Shown: positions 1 to 10,204, counted from the stretch's first letter. The stretch is 64,000 nucleotides of DNA from Candidatus Krumholzibacteriota bacterium (GCA_016933255.1 JAFGBF010000002.1:4772-68771); one strand, 5' to 3'. Program-made: numbers and translations. Notes: generated from the sequence alone by a model not told the origin.

Positions 1-91
1 TGAACAGACACAAATTTTTTCTTGCATTATGCTTGATATCGGTGAATATGAGACGGTAAGCACAAGGAGGTTAGAGAAAGCGAGGAAGGCC

Positions 92-319
92 ATGGACGAA
101 AAAGGAAACAGAAAAAACGCCGGGCAGGGCAGCGGCCAGGGGCTTGGACGCGGCGGCGGAAGAGGCCGGAACAAGGGTGGAGCTTTCGGCCCGGGAGGAT
201 ATTGCGTATGCGCAGCCTGCGGACACAAAGAACCGCATTCACCGGGGATCAAGTGCACCACGGTCAAATGCCCTGAATGCGGAAAACCGCTGGTAAGAGA
301 AGAACTTCTGAACAAATAG
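92..319 (+). CDS. Small Gly/Arg-rich protein with C-terminal Cys-rich (Zn/Fe-binding) ribbon
   Basis: ATG at 92 after GAGGAAGG; GRGGGRGR tract followed by CxCxxC...CxxxxCPxCG. Confidence 0.75.
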   Translation: MDEKGNRKNAGQGSGQGLGRGGGRGRNKGGAFGPGGYCVCAACGHKEPHSPGIKCTTVKCPECGKPLVREELLNK

Positions 320-335
320 CCCCTGGGGAGCAGCG

Positions 336-377
336 ATGGGACCCTACGATCTGGTCGTGATAGGCGGCGGCCCCGCC
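336..377 (+). pseudogene. 5' remnant of a FAD-dependent oxidoreductase (Rossmann beta1-alpha1)
   Basis: GGGGAG RBS, then ATG-GPYDLVVIGGGPA; the frame then runs antisense into the neighbouring gene and stops. Confidence 0.55.
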
Positions 378-402
378 CTCGCCCCGAAGGAGGACAATTC
401 CC

Positions 403-1785
403 TTATTTTTTCAGTCCCGAAGGCACCTGCGGAGTCGACAGGATCCTTTCGAACTCTTTCCAGCTCTCTTCGGCCGATTCCGCGCCGCATCCTTCCATGT
501 GTTCCTTGATCAGGTCATACCCGACATAGTAGTTCACTATGTATGTCCTGAACTGCTCGAAAAAATCGACGACCTTGCGCGCCCTGTCGGGAGAAAGAAG
601 GACATTCCTCGAAAGATATTCCGCCGTCTCCTCAGCGTCTGCCTCTCCCTCGAGATAGAGCCTCGCCGCTTCCATCCTCGCGTAGGAGAGCTTCTTCGTA
701 AGTCTGCCTATCCTGTCGTAGAGATCGGCGTTCGAAGGGTCAAGCCCCGCCAGGGGATAGAGTACCTCTCTTTCGAATTTTTTGCGCTCATCACCGGGAA
801 ATGCCATCTCGATCCCGTAATTCGCTGTCCCCTCGGCGATCAGCGATTGGGGACTGTAGAGGGGATATACGCAATATTCCACCCAGCCGCGTTCCTTCGA
901 CAGGTGCTGCTCGAGAAGGGCGTTATAGACGTGATGCCCGGGATAACCCTCGTGGGCCGCCAACCCCACAGGCGCGTCGATATATGTCGGAAGATCGATA
1001 TTGACCTGTATCAGGGAGTGGGCGTTTCCCTTGTACCAGTTATAAGCTCCCCATGAGACGCCTGTGACAAACTCGACATCGAAAGATTCATCATCTGGAA
1101 GGCTGATATACTTCTTCGTCCTTTTTCTCGCTTCATCTATGACGGCTGTGAAGACACCCGCCACCCTGTCTGCCGGTATGATAAAATTTTTTCTAAACCG
1201 TTCGAGCCTTTCGGGAAGCGTCCCCTCCCCTTCAGGCACAAGCGCTTCGACCTCTTCCATGATCTTTTTGAAATCATCTTCTGTATAGCGCGGTACCTCG
1301 ATATCATACAGAGCCCTTGATTCCTCGTCGAACGGGTGTTTCGCGCCGCCGAGGACGCTGAGATGCATCGCCAGCGCTTTCAGCTGCTTGAGGAGATATT
1401 CCCTGCGGAGTTTTACTATCTCATCCGCGCCGGAAAGATCGGCCTCGCACAGCCTGCCGATCAGCGCTCCTGTCTCGGAAGATAATTCTCCGAGGCTCTG
1501 CTGTCCTTCCTCCGCCTGCGTTTTCCACTCCCCGGGCCCGTAATAGGCGTCCACATACATCGGATCGTGCTGGCCGGCCGCAAGGACCAGCTTTACATAC
1601 TGCTCTGCGATACTGTTCATCATACTCTCTCTATCGCTTTTGGTTGAGGCATCTTCCGAGGCAAAGGCGCTGCCCGGCGGAACCAGGCATACCGCAGATA
1701 TCAGCACCGCCAGAAAAATAGAACAGGCCGTCATCATCGCCGGAAAAAAAACGGGACGAATCCCCTTAAAATATCGAATCGACAT
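403..1785 (-). CDS. Exported DUF885-like putative metallopeptidase
   Basis: Signal peptide (AFA-S) and HEGYPGHH plus downstream EG motif; true start may be a downstream Met. Confidence 0.7.
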   Translation of the reverse strand: MSIRYFKGIRPVFFPAMMTACSIFLAVLISAVCLVPPGSAFASEDASTKSDRESMMNSIAEQYVKLVLAAGQHDPMYVDAYYGPGEWKTQAEEGQQSLGELSSETGALIGRLCEADLSGADEIVKLRREYLLKQLKALAMHLSVLGGAKHPFDEESRALYDIEVPRYTEDDFKKIMEEVEALVPEGEGTLPERLERFRKNFIIPADRVAGVFTAVIDEARKRTKKYISLPDDESFDVEFVTGVSWGAYNWYKGNAHSLIQVNIDLPTYIDAPVGLAAHEGYPGHHVYNALLEQHLSKERGWVEYCVYPLYSPQSLIAEGTANYGIEMAFPGDERKKFEREVLYPLAGLDPSNADLYDRIGRLTKKLSYARMEAARLYLEGEADAEETAEYLSRNVLLSPDRARKVVDFFEQFRTYIVNYYVGYDLIKEHMEGCGAESAEESWKEFERILSTPQVPSGLKK

Positions 1786-1978
1786 ATCTTCTCCTCTCAG
1801 AATCAGTATCTGCCCGATGATATTACATATCTATCCGGTTATTCCATGAAATTGTTCGGCTGAAAGATAAAGAGGAGACAGGAAACAGGACCACTCAATA
1901 CCGCCGAGTGATCCTGCTTTCCCGCTTTCGAAGTAAAAATCCACGCCCCCCCCACATAAAAGGGCGCGCGAGCTGTTT

Positions 1979-2995
1979 CTACTTCTTCAGAGTCACATGC
2001 CCGGAAGCTGTCGTCATAAATATCTGCGGATCGTCGCCATTTCTGGTAAACGACTTTTTGAGATAAGTTTCGCCATGCTTCTTGAACTCTTCCTCATTAT
2101 CAAAACCAAAGGGGCAGCTGATACGCCCTCTTCGTTTTCTTGCCTCGAATTCAAAATATCCGCGGACTTCCTGTCCGTTATAATCGAGAGTGACATCTCC
2201 CGAGGCGGTCGAAAGTTCGAGATCATATTTGCAGCTTTCGGCGAGCACTACCTCGACCTCTCCCGAGGCGGTCGAAAAACTGCTCGCGCCGGTGAAACTT
2301 ACTTTCTCGACAACGATCGTCCCGCTTGCGCAGCTGAGTTTGAAGGTCCCTTTGCAGTCAGAGACTTCTATATCGCCGGATGCCGTGCTGAACTTCAGGT
2401 CTCCCTCCATTTTGGACACTCTGATATCGCCGCTCGCCGTACTCAGCCTCGATTTGGCATTCGATTCTTTTATAGTGATCTCTCCGCTGGCGGTAGAGAC
2501 CTTGTTGCCTCCGTACGCCTTGATCAGGGTGACCTCTCCGCTCGCTGTCGATACGCTGACGTCCCCTTTCGTATCTCTGACCTCTATATCGCCCGACGCC
2601 GTGCTAACTTTGACGCTGCCGAACGGGCCTGATGCATCAAAATCGCCGGAAGCTGTCGAGAACTCTATGTCGATCCCTTTCGGAACGGCCAGTGTCCAGC
2701 GTACTTCTCCCCATGTAGATCTGCCGTGCCATTCTTCCTTTATCTCCACCCTGCTGCTTCTGTCGCTTATTTTGTACTCGAACGCGTCCTCTACATCCAC
2801 GTCATAGAAAAGATCTACTGTCACCTTATCGGAGTCGTGCACCTTGATGGTCACATCTCCGCTTACAGTACTGATATCGATCACCTTGATGCCGGAAAAT
2901 TCCTTGCGGACCTCTTTCCCGTCCTTCGCCTGCATCAGGCAGGGCATAAGGACCAGGATCATGGCACAGATGAATATGGCAGTTACCTTTTTCAT
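1979..2995 (-). CDS. DUF4097-family beta-strand repeat (adhesin-like) exported protein
   Basis: Signal peptide; many STASG(D/E) repeats at about 19-aa spacing; AAGGGGGG RBS. Confidence 0.85.
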   Translation of the reverse strand: MKKVTAIFICAMILVLMPCLMQAKDGKEVRKEFSGIKVIDISTVSGDVTIKVHDSDKVTVDLFYDVDVEDAFEYKISDRSSRVEIKEEWHGRSTWGEVRWTLAVPKGIDIEFSTASGDFDASGPFGSVKVSTASGDIEVRDTKGDVSVSTASGEVTLIKAYGGNKVSTASGEITIKESNAKSRLSTASGDIRVSKMEGDLKFSTASGDIEVSDCKGTFKLSCASGTIVVEKVSFTGASSFSTASGEVEVVLAESCKYDLELSTASGDVTLDYNGQEVRGYFEFEARKRRGRISCPFGFDNEEEFKKHGETYLKKSFTRNGDDPQIFMTTASGHVTLKK

Positions 2996-3129
2996 GCTGT
3001 CCCCCCTTCTTTAAGGTTACAGGGCCCTGCGGCGGCCCCACGGTTATAATACCTTCACGCATAATACGCGACAGCAGGCGGCGCGGTCGCCCGGTATTGC
3101 AATCCAGAACGAAAAATTCGGACGGAATT

Positions 3130-6036
3130 TCAATTTCGACTGTTCTTTTTCCTGAATTCGGAAGGGCTCATTCCGGTAAACCTCTTGAAGGCCGTATTGA
3201 AGGTGGATTTTGAATAAAATCCCACGTCGTAGATGATCTCGGAGATATTCCTGTTGCTGTATTTTTCGGAAACGAGTCTTTTCTTCGCCTCCTCGATCCG
3301 GTAGTTGTTTATGAAATGGCTGAAACTGACCGAAAACCGCTCGTTTATTATCCTCGAGAGATGGTTGTAATGTATCCCCAGGCGCTTTGCCAGCTTCTTG
3401 AGCGTCAGGTCGGGGTCAAGATAGACCGCTTCCTCCTCGATCAGGGCGGTAAGCTTTTCGAACGCTTCATCCATCCGTTCCGAGTTGATATATGAAGTGC
3501 TGTATTTGTTCTTCTTTTTCAGATTCTTCCGATACTTCGCTCCGGCAAGCGCCCCCGCCGCGGCGAGTAAAACCGCAGAAGCTGAGAGTATTATAAAACC
3601 GGCCCGGCGGTAGAAGGGAGGCCTGACTTCAAAGACCAACGGCTCTTTCTCTTCGCTCCATACTCCACCGTTTCCGACCGCGCGAAGTTCAAATAAATAC
3701 TCGCCCGGTTTAAGGCCGCTGTATACCGCGATCCTCTCTGCCCCCGGCCCGACTGTGATGGCCTCGCGGTCATACCCTTTCAGCCTGTAAAGAAAGCGCA
3801 CCTTGCCGGGATCGGCATAATCAAAAGCGGTAAAACGGATCTCGATCCTGCCTGCGCCGTGGGAGAGGATATGCGTGTTTTCCCGGGGATCGATCTGAAG
3901 CGGCTTTCCATCTATCAGTATCTCTTCTATGACGACCCTCGGCCGTTTACCCGGCATTATCCCGGCCTTTGCGTCAAAAAGGGCCAGACCTGCCGCAGTG
4001 GGATAACAGATCCCTCCGCCCCCGGTCACGAGAACCGCGGGGGAACAAAGGCCGCTGCACCTTTTCGACGGCATCCCGTCTGAATCGTCAAAAAGAAAGG
4101 CCGAGAGGATACCGCTTCCTCCATCGATGCCGGAGCTGAGCGAATCGGCCTGGATCGTAAAGACCCCCGCCTCGCAGCTGATCCATAACCTGCCTGGAGG
4201 AGTCTCGATAATACTGTAGATAAAATCACCGGGCAGGCCGTCTCTCGATGTACAGCTCGATATTCTGCCGCCACTGACAGATCTCAGTCCGTCCCCTTTC
4301 GTACCCGCCCAGACCCTTCCGGAGGAGTCTTCGAGGATCGAGATGACATCAAATTTCGAACCGCCGCTGTCACCGGCTGCTTTTTCGAATACAGCTCCCG
4401 ACAGGATCCATAGACCGTCTTTCGTCCCGGCATAGAGGACACCTTCGCTGCTTTCGTGAAGCGCCTGTACGGCCTGATTCCCAAAGATCACTGAATTTCC
4501 CGGCCTCCCGACAGCGCCTGAGCTGAAGAAATTCAGGCCTCTGTCGGTCCCGACCCACACCGTCCCGGTCCTGTCCTGAAGAAGAGCGGTTATATTGTCG
4601 GAGAGAAGCCCTTCTGCGCTTCCCATATGCAGTATCGACCGTGCTGCTTCGCCGGAAAGAGGCAGAGTGCGGTCTCCGGTGATGACCGTAAGGCCCGCAT
4701 CTTTCGTCCCCGCCCAGAGCCTGTCCCTGTCGTCTATTATGACGGCGCGGACGATATTTCCCGACAGACCGCTCTCTTTATCAAGATGCCCGGCAGCCCG
4801 CCGGCCCGCGACCTTCCAGAGCCCGCTGTTTTCACTGCCGACCCATAGAGCGCCGTCTCTGTCCTCGGCCGGGGAATAGACGGCCCCCGCCGGAAACCCC
4901 TCCGCGACAGCCGTAGAACCCGCCTTTTTCTCTCTCAGCTGCTGAAGCCCCTTCGACTTTGTCCCTGCCCAGATAAACCCGTCCCTGTCGCAGAGGATCG
5001 AGAGCATGTGTGAACTGGCCAGGCGGTCTTCACGGAAAAGGTCTTTCAGGCTGCCGCCCCTTATAACCTTCAGCCCCTCGACCATAGTCCCTGCAAGCAC
5101 ACTGCCGCCTGCTCCCGAGCTCAGGACAGTCGTGGGAAAATGTTCAGTCTCCGGCAGGAGTACAAAGGAGTTACCGCCGGCTTTAAGCTCAAAGATCCCT
5201 TTCATCGTTCCGGCCAGGATCCTGCCGCCGCCGCAGGCAACTATCGAAAGGACCCGCTCTTCGATGAGGCCCTCGTAATACCCGAATTTTTCGGCCAGGT
5301 CCCCCTCGAATCTGGCAAGACCGCCCCGCATCATCCCCACCCAGAGGCGTCCGAGTTCATCGACGGCAGCAGCAGTGATGATCGCGTCAGGCAGCCCTTC
5401 GTCGAGCCCGTAAACAGTGACCTCATCCCCGTCGAACCTGTAAAGCCCGAGTTCGGTTCCGCACCAGATATTCCCCTGCCAGTCACCGGTGACGGCGGTG
5501 ATATGCTCGCTGGCAAGCCCTTCGGCGCTTCCGTACTTCTTCCACTTTCCTTTGTTTATCGAATACAGCCCGCCTCCGTCGGTCCCGACCCATAATTTCT
5601 GATAGATATCCTCATAGAGGGAGGTGATCTTGTTCTCGCTGAGTACCGGGCTGTTCCAGCGGTCGAAGACAGCAAAGTTCACCCCGTCGAAACGGACAAG
5701 CCCGGCCGGCGTGCCGAGCCATATATATCCATCTGCGTCCTGCAGTATAGCCCTTATTTCGTTATGGGGAAGTCCCGAATCGGTGCCCCACGACCTGACG
5801 GTCATGCTGTCCGGATCAAGCCGCGGCTCGGGGTGTGGATCGGCGGCGACAACAGCGTGCGGATCAGCGGCGATAAAAGATAACGAAAGCAGCGCTGCGG
5901 AGAGAAACAGCGGAAGGCGCGGCTTCCCTGACCGAACCCCGGAGGCAGCTTTATTGAATACGCTGAAGATATTAGTACACTTTCTCACGATTTCGTCAAT
6001 CAGGGTAAAGTCCCAGCCTCCGGACGGGCGGATCAT
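3130..6036 (-). CDS. Membrane-spanning regulator: beta-propeller (Reg_prop) sensor + Y_Y_Y + TM + AraC HTH
   Basis: Repeated 'GL...I.....D..G.lWvGT' blades, 'YxxLxPGEYxF' Y_Y_Y domain, TM helix, C-terminal 'VGFYSKSTFNTAFKRFTGMSPSEFR'; start uncertain. Confidence 0.85.
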   Translation of the reverse strand: MIRPSGGWDFTLIDEIVRKCTNIFSVFNKAASGVRSGKPRLPLFLSAALLSLSFIAADPHAVVAADPHPEPRLDPDSMTVRSWGTDSGLPHNEIRAILQDADGYIWLGTPAGLVRFDGVNFAVFDRWNSPVLSENKITSLYEDIYQKLWVGTDGGGLYSINKGKWKKYGSAEGLASEHITAVTGDWQGNIWCGTELGLYRFDGDEVTVYGLDEGLPDAIITAAAVDELGRLWVGMMRGGLARFEGDLAEKFGYYEGLIEERVLSIVACGGGRILAGTMKGIFELKAGGNSFVLLPETEHFPTTVLSSGAGGSVLAGTMVEGLKVIRGGSLKDLFREDRLASSHMLSILCDRDGFIWAGTKSKGLQQLREKKAGSTAVAEGFPAGAVYSPAEDRDGALWVGSENSGLWKVAGRRAAGHLDKESGLSGNIVRAVIIDDRDRLWAGTKDAGLTVITGDRTLPLSGEAARSILHMGSAEGLLSDNITALLQDRTGTVWVGTDRGLNFFSSGAVGRPGNSVIFGNQAVQALHESSEGVLYAGTKDGLWILSGAVFEKAAGDSGGSKFDVISILEDSSGRVWAGTKGDGLRSVSGGRISSCTSRDGLPGDFIYSIIETPPGRLWISCEAGVFTIQADSLSSGIDGGSGILSAFLFDDSDGMPSKRCSGLCSPAVLVTGGGGICYPTAAGLALFDAKAGIMPGKRPRVVIEEILIDGKPLQIDPRENTHILSHGAGRIEIRFTAFDYADPGKVRFLYRLKGYDREAITVGPGAERIAVYSGLKPGEYLFELRAVGNGGVWSEEKEPLVFEVRPPFYRRAGFIILSASAVLLAAAGALAGAKYRKNLKKKNKYSTSYINSERMDEAFEKLTALIEEEAVYLDPDLTLKKLAKRLGIHYNHLSRIINERFSVSFSHFINNYRIEEAKKRLVSEKYSNRNISEIIYDVGFYSKSTFNTAFKRFTGMSPSEFRKKNSRN

Positions 6037-6185
6037 TCGCCGGTCATCCCTGCGGTCCGCTGCGGTCGACTCTGTCTCTGGCTATATCTACGATTCTCTG
6101 CGGCGAATGGTTTCAGCAGCGGCAGGAAGGCCCGATTTCCTCCTGTCTGAGTTCTGCCTGACGCGCGAGGCCGCCGCCCGGACGC

Positions 6186-6219
6186 AAAAAGACCGGAGCC
6201 GATCGATCATCGGCTCCGG
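6186..6219 (-). terminator. Intrinsic terminator downstream of ssb
   Basis: 11-bp perfect stem CCGGAGCCGAT/ATCGGCTCCGG with T-tract on the minus strand. Confidence 0.75.
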
Positions 6220-6310
6220 GTTCACCTTATCGGGGCTTTGCTTTGAATCCCGCCCTCATAAACCGGGGCAGAAGCTGGATCTTCCTGTAAAGGAAAATTT
6301 ACCGCAATTT

Positions 6311-6748
6311 CTAGAACGGCAGATCGTCGTCGTCATCGCCGGGCGGGATCTGTGATCCCCCGTCTTCATCCTGCGCCTCGGGCGGCTCGTCAGTGACGAT
6401 TCTGCTTCCCCCGTCCCCTGCGCGCCCGAGCATCACCATCTGATTTGCGATGACCTCTGTCGTATATTTTTTGTTGCCTGCCTGGTCTTCCCAGCTTCTC
6501 GTCTGAATCCGGCCCTCGATATAGACCTGTTTGCCTTTTTGCAGGTACTGGCCGCATATCTCGGCAAGCTTTCCAAAAGCGACGACCTTGTGCCATTCGG
6601 TCCTTGTCTGCCGCTCACCTTCACGGTTCTTGAAATTCTCACTGGTAGCGAGACTGAAATTCGCTACGGTCGTCCCGCTTCCTGTATGCCTAAGCTCCGG
6701 GTCGGAGCCGAGATTACCGACGAGTATAGCCTTGTTGACACCACTCAT
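6311..6748 (-). CDS. ssb: Single-stranded DNA-binding protein
   Basis: [21 protein letters not shown], acidic DDDDDLPF tail; GGAGG RBS before ATG at 6748. Confidence 0.97.
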   Translation of the reverse strand: MSGVNKAILVGNLGSDPELRHTGSGTTVANFSLATSENFKNREGERQTRTEWHKVVAFGKLAEICGQYLQKGKQVYIEGRIQTRSWEDQAGNKKYTTEVIANQMVMLGRAGDGGSRIVTDEPPEAQDEDGGSQIPPGDDDDDLPF

Positions 6749-7017
6749 CACCGCACCTCCTGCCAAAGAAAAGATTGTGAACCGCTCCCGGCATCTATCC
6801 TCCACCACTCCCCATAAGGTTCAATCAACATTGTATATGCAATTTTACGACGGTCAAGTAAAATTCATCTCTGGTCAATATCACAGATATAAGGTAATAT
6901 TACTCAAATTTCGGGAATCGGAAGATTATCGGGCAAGTTTCCTTGACAACTCTGAAGAAAAGACCGATAATACTAATGGTTCTTATTTGAGACTTGTTAT
7001 TGTTGAAAGGAGAGAGA

Positions 7018-7491
7018 GTGGCACAATATTCCGTAGGCGATAAGGCCCCTGATTTCGAGCTTATCGAGTCGATGGAATCGGCATGGAAACTCTCCGAACA
7101 CCTTGGCGGAAAAAACATAGTCATGCTTCTTTTCCCGCTTGCCTTTTCCCCTCCATGCACAGAAGAACTCTGCAGCATGAGAGACGGCTTCAGGGAATTT
7201 CAGGACCTGGATGCCGATGTTATCGCGGCCAGTATAGACAGCCCTTTTGTCCTGGCCAAATGGAAGGAAGAACTCGGCTTGCCATTCCCGCTGCTGAGTG
7301 ATTTCAACAACGAAGTCTGTCAGGAATTCAATGCTTGCCATGCCGCTCTAGGCCCCCTTCAGGGCGTGGCAAAAAGATCAGCATTTGTAATAGACAACAC
7401 GGGGATAATCAGGTTCTCATGGATCTCAGATGATCCCGGGATCCTGCCCCCACTGGACGAGATCAAAAAGGTGCTGGACAAACTGGATTGA
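7018..7491 (+). CDS. Peroxiredoxin (AhpC/TSA, AhpE-like)
   Basis: VGDKAPDF, FPLAFSPPCTEELC (PxxxSxxC), 'AKRSAFVID'; GTG start after AAGGAGA. Confidence 0.9.
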   Translation: MAQYSVGDKAPDFELIESMESAWKLSEHLGGKNIVMLLFPLAFSPPCTEELCSMRDGFREFQDLDADVIAASIDSPFVLAKWKEELGLPFPLLSDFNNEVCQEFNACHAALGPLQGVAKRSAFVIDNTGIIRFSWISDDPGILPPLDEIKKVLDKLD

Positions 7492-7518
7492 CCTGGCACT
7501 CACACCATCTCAGCAAAG

Positions 7519-7552
7519 AAACCCGCTGCCCACCCCCTGGGCGGCGGGTTTT
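7519..7552. terminator. Probable bidirectional terminator
   Basis: AAACCCGCTGCCCA/TGGGCGGCGGGTTT stem between convergent units. Confidence 0.7.
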
Positions 7553-7608
7553 CCTTATCAGCCCCAAAAGCGGCCTGGAGCACCCGCCTCGGTCTGATCT
7601 TGATCGAT

Positions 7609-7657
7609 AAAAAAAGCCCACCCTCTCCGGGCTTGTAAACGCCTTCGAGGATGGACT
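7609..7657 (-). terminator. Terminator after tRNA-His
   Basis: Minus strand AGTCCATCCTC...GAGGGTGGGCT followed by a T run. Confidence 0.6.
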
Positions 7658-7666
7658 TTGTAAACA

Positions 7667-7743
7667 TGGGGTGGACAACGGGAGTCGAACCCGCGACAAC
7701 TGGAACCACAATCCAGGGCTCTACCAGCTGAGCTATGTCCACC
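7667..7743 (-). tRNA. tRNA-His(GUG)
   Basis: Cloverleaf; anticodon arm CTGGA-TTGTGGT-TCCAG; G-1; GTTCGA T-loop; encoded CCA. Confidence 0.97.
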
Positions 7744-7836
7744 ATATCCGAATCTATAATCTACCCGCAAGCAGGGCCCCTAGCAAGCAAAATCAGACGC
7801 GGGCGCAGACGCCTCCTCCACGGGGAAAACTCAATT

Positions 7837-7910
<74 letters not shown>

Positions 7911-8011
7911 ATAACAAATGATTCAATAAGGTAGCAATACCGGAGCGCTTAGGCAATGGGAAAATACTTTTCGCGATTGCCATCGCTGATACGAGGGTTT
8001 ATAAATGATGT

Positions 8012-9103
8012 ATGACCGGAAGGAAGATATGTTTTTTCAATACCGCGCCCCGCTGGGGGGGCGGCGAAAAATGGAATTTCGATATGGCCTCCGGCCTCGA
8101 AAGGCTTGGCTATGACGTGTCCGCCGTAGTGGGAAGCAGTGGAAAGTTCCGCGAAAAGATCAGGCGCAGCGGCATTCCGTTTTTCACCGTCGATATATCC
8201 AATCTCTCCTTTCTGAATATCTTCAAGATCAGAAAAGTCCGCGATTTTCTCACCGGCAATTCCATCGACACCCTGATCATAAGCCTTCCGTCAGACCTGA
8301 AAGTCGCGGGGCCGGCGGCGCGGATGGCGGGGACACGCTCTGTGATCTACCGCCGGGGAAGCGCGATACCTTTGCGCGATTCGCCATCGAACCGCTACCT
8401 TTTCAAAAACTGCGTCACCTCGGTAATAGCAAACTCGGAAGAGACAAAAAGAACGATCCTGCAGAATAACGCGGAGATATTCGACCCTGCGAAGATCGAG
8501 CTGATCTATAACGGGATCGATCTCGATGAATGGGACAAAAGAGACAGCCATCCCCTATTCGATTATAGAAATGAGGGGGTCGTGATCGGGACGGCAGGAA
8601 GGCTTGAGATCGAGAAGGCGCACGACCGGCTGATAGACCTCGCGGTGATACTTGAGGAAAGGGGCCTGGATTTCAGGCTTCTTATAGCGGGGAGCGGCCG
8701 GCTGAGGAAAAAGCTTGAGAGGTACGCGGAAAAACGCGGGGTCTCCGGCCGGATCGTCTTCACCGGATTCGTCGAGGAGATGAAAAGCTTCATGGCAGGT
8801 ATCGACATCTTTCTTCTTTCTTCCCTCTGGGAGGGATTCGGTTACGTCCTGATCGAATCGATGGCATCCGGGGTCCCGGTCGTCGCCTTCGATCTTTCAA
8901 GCACAAGGGAGATCATTGAGGATGGAAAAACAGGGTTCCTTGTGCCGCCCGGAGAGGTCCAGGAGATGGCTGAAAAAGTCATCGGCCTGGCAAAGGACAA
9001 GAATCTGCTAAGGAAAATGGGAGAAAACGGCAGAACCGCTGTGGAAAAACGATTTACAGCCGATTCGGCCCTGAAAAAACTTCAGTTTTTCATAGATTTA
9101 TAG
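8012..9103 (+). CDS. Glycosyltransferase family 4
   Basis: WGGGE N-terminus, GRLxxxK, EGFGYVLIESMASGVPVV (EX7E). Confidence 0.92.
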   Translation: MTGRKICFFNTAPRWGGGEKWNFDMASGLERLGYDVSAVVGSSGKFREKIRRSGIPFFTVDISNLSFLNIFKIRKVRDFLTGNSIDTLIISLPSDLKVAGPAARMAGTRSVIYRRGSAIPLRDSPSNRYLFKNCVTSVIANSEETKRTILQNNAEIFDPAKIELIYNGIDLDEWDKRDSHPLFDYRNEGVVIGTAGRLEIEKAHDRLIDLAVILEERGLDFRLLIAGSGRLRKKLERYAEKRGVSGRIVFTGFVEEMKSFMAGIDIFLLSSLWEGFGYVLIESMASGVPVVAFDLSSTREIIEDGKTGFLVPPGEVQEMAEKVIGLAKDKNLLRKMGENGRTAVEKRFTADSALKKLQFFIDL

Positions 9104-9293
9104 TGGTATGAACTCATATCAGGGCCGTACAGCTTCCAGGGGGACTGCTACAGGTCATAAATACATAGTGGTATTTTCTCATATTTAATTAAGAATAATA
9201 TTGAACTATTCGCTTATCTGTGGTATCATCCATGAGTTGAATGGCGTATTGTAATTTTTCTTGTTTTTTTTCTTCACAGGTAAGGAGGAGATT

Positions 9294-9986
9294 ATGCACT
9301 TGGCTAAGGCGTTTAAGGTTGTGTTGGCTGTAGTTGCTCTGATGCTTTTTTCGTCACTGGTTTTCGCGGATCATTGTCTCATTCTCTATCCCGCAGGCCC
9401 GTGCATCTATGAATACGACGAATCGGAGTACACCCTCATAGGCCCGGGCGATCCTGGCTATGACGCGTTATCCGAATTTTCGCTGGAGGGCGTTGTTCTC
9501 GTCGCTATAAAAGATGGCGCGATCGATGAGGCTATATACCAGGCACCGGAGCTCAGGGGCTTCCGCCCGTCGCGTGATGGCAAATTTGGATATGTCTTTG
9601 ACCTGACCGAGTTCACTCTTGTCGTCGACGGTTTTTCAGGGACCCCGACTACATATGAGAATATCCTGTTGATCTTCGACGGCTTTGTTCCCGCCGAATG
9701 CATCCCGACAGTATATTTTGACTATGAGCTTCTTACGAATTTTACTGTTCCGATAGGAGATCTTGTCGTATCTACTCCTACGGACTATGGAAACAATTAC
9801 TCCGATATTCTGACATTCGATGTCGTCTGGAGCGGTTGTTACGGACTCCATATATGGGCTTTCGCCGATGAGAATCATAATGGCCAGAGGGATGGAGGCG
9901 AATGTTTTACTGCCTACTCCCATGATATACTCGTCCCGGCTGAAGAAGCAAGTTGGGGTAAGATAAAAATTCTCGACCGGGACTAA
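9294..9986 (+). CDS. Exported hypothetical protein with C-terminal 'SWGKIK' tail
   Basis: AAGGAGGAG RBS, signal peptide (VFA-D), ends VPAEEASWGKIKILDRD. Confidence 0.8.
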   Translation: MHLAKAFKVVLAVVALMLFSSLVFADHCLILYPAGPCIYEYDESEYTLIGPGDPGYDALSEFSLEGVVLVAIKDGAIDEAIYQAPELRGFRPSRDGKFGYVFDLTEFTLVVDGFSGTPTTYENILLIFDGFVPAECIPTVYFDYELLTNFTVPIGDLVVSTPTDYGNNYSDILTFDVVWSGCYGLHIWAFADENHNGQRDGGECFTAYSHDILVPAEEASWGKIKILDRD

Positions 9987-10015
9987 GTGCCGGGGGCAAA
10001 ATAATCCACATTCCG

Positions 10016-10048
10016 GGGGCTGTCTCTGCAGGCGGCCCCTTTGTCTTT
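10016..10048 (+). terminator. Putative intrinsic terminator
   Basis: GGGGCTGTC/GGCGGCCCC stem followed by TTTGTCTTT. Confidence 0.55.
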
Positions 10049-10204
10049 AATAGTGCGATTTTTCCGCGCCAGCGATTTCGATCGGCCGGGTAAGCCCGAA
10101 ATAAATCAAACTTTTGCAAAGATGATGCGTATACTGTATATTATCTCCGTTTCAGGATAGTCGGCATTTCAGACGATTCGTGCTTTGCAGTCATGGAGTA
10201 GATC

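Noticed and set aside
1979..2995. Periodic nucleotide repeats that might suggest a CRISPR or tandem array
   Set aside because: They are the coding STASG repeats of the DUF4097 protein, degenerate at third codon positions
6037..6310. ncRNA between ssb and the AraC sensor
   Set aside because: Only a terminator hairpin is supported; no SRP/6S/RNase P signatures
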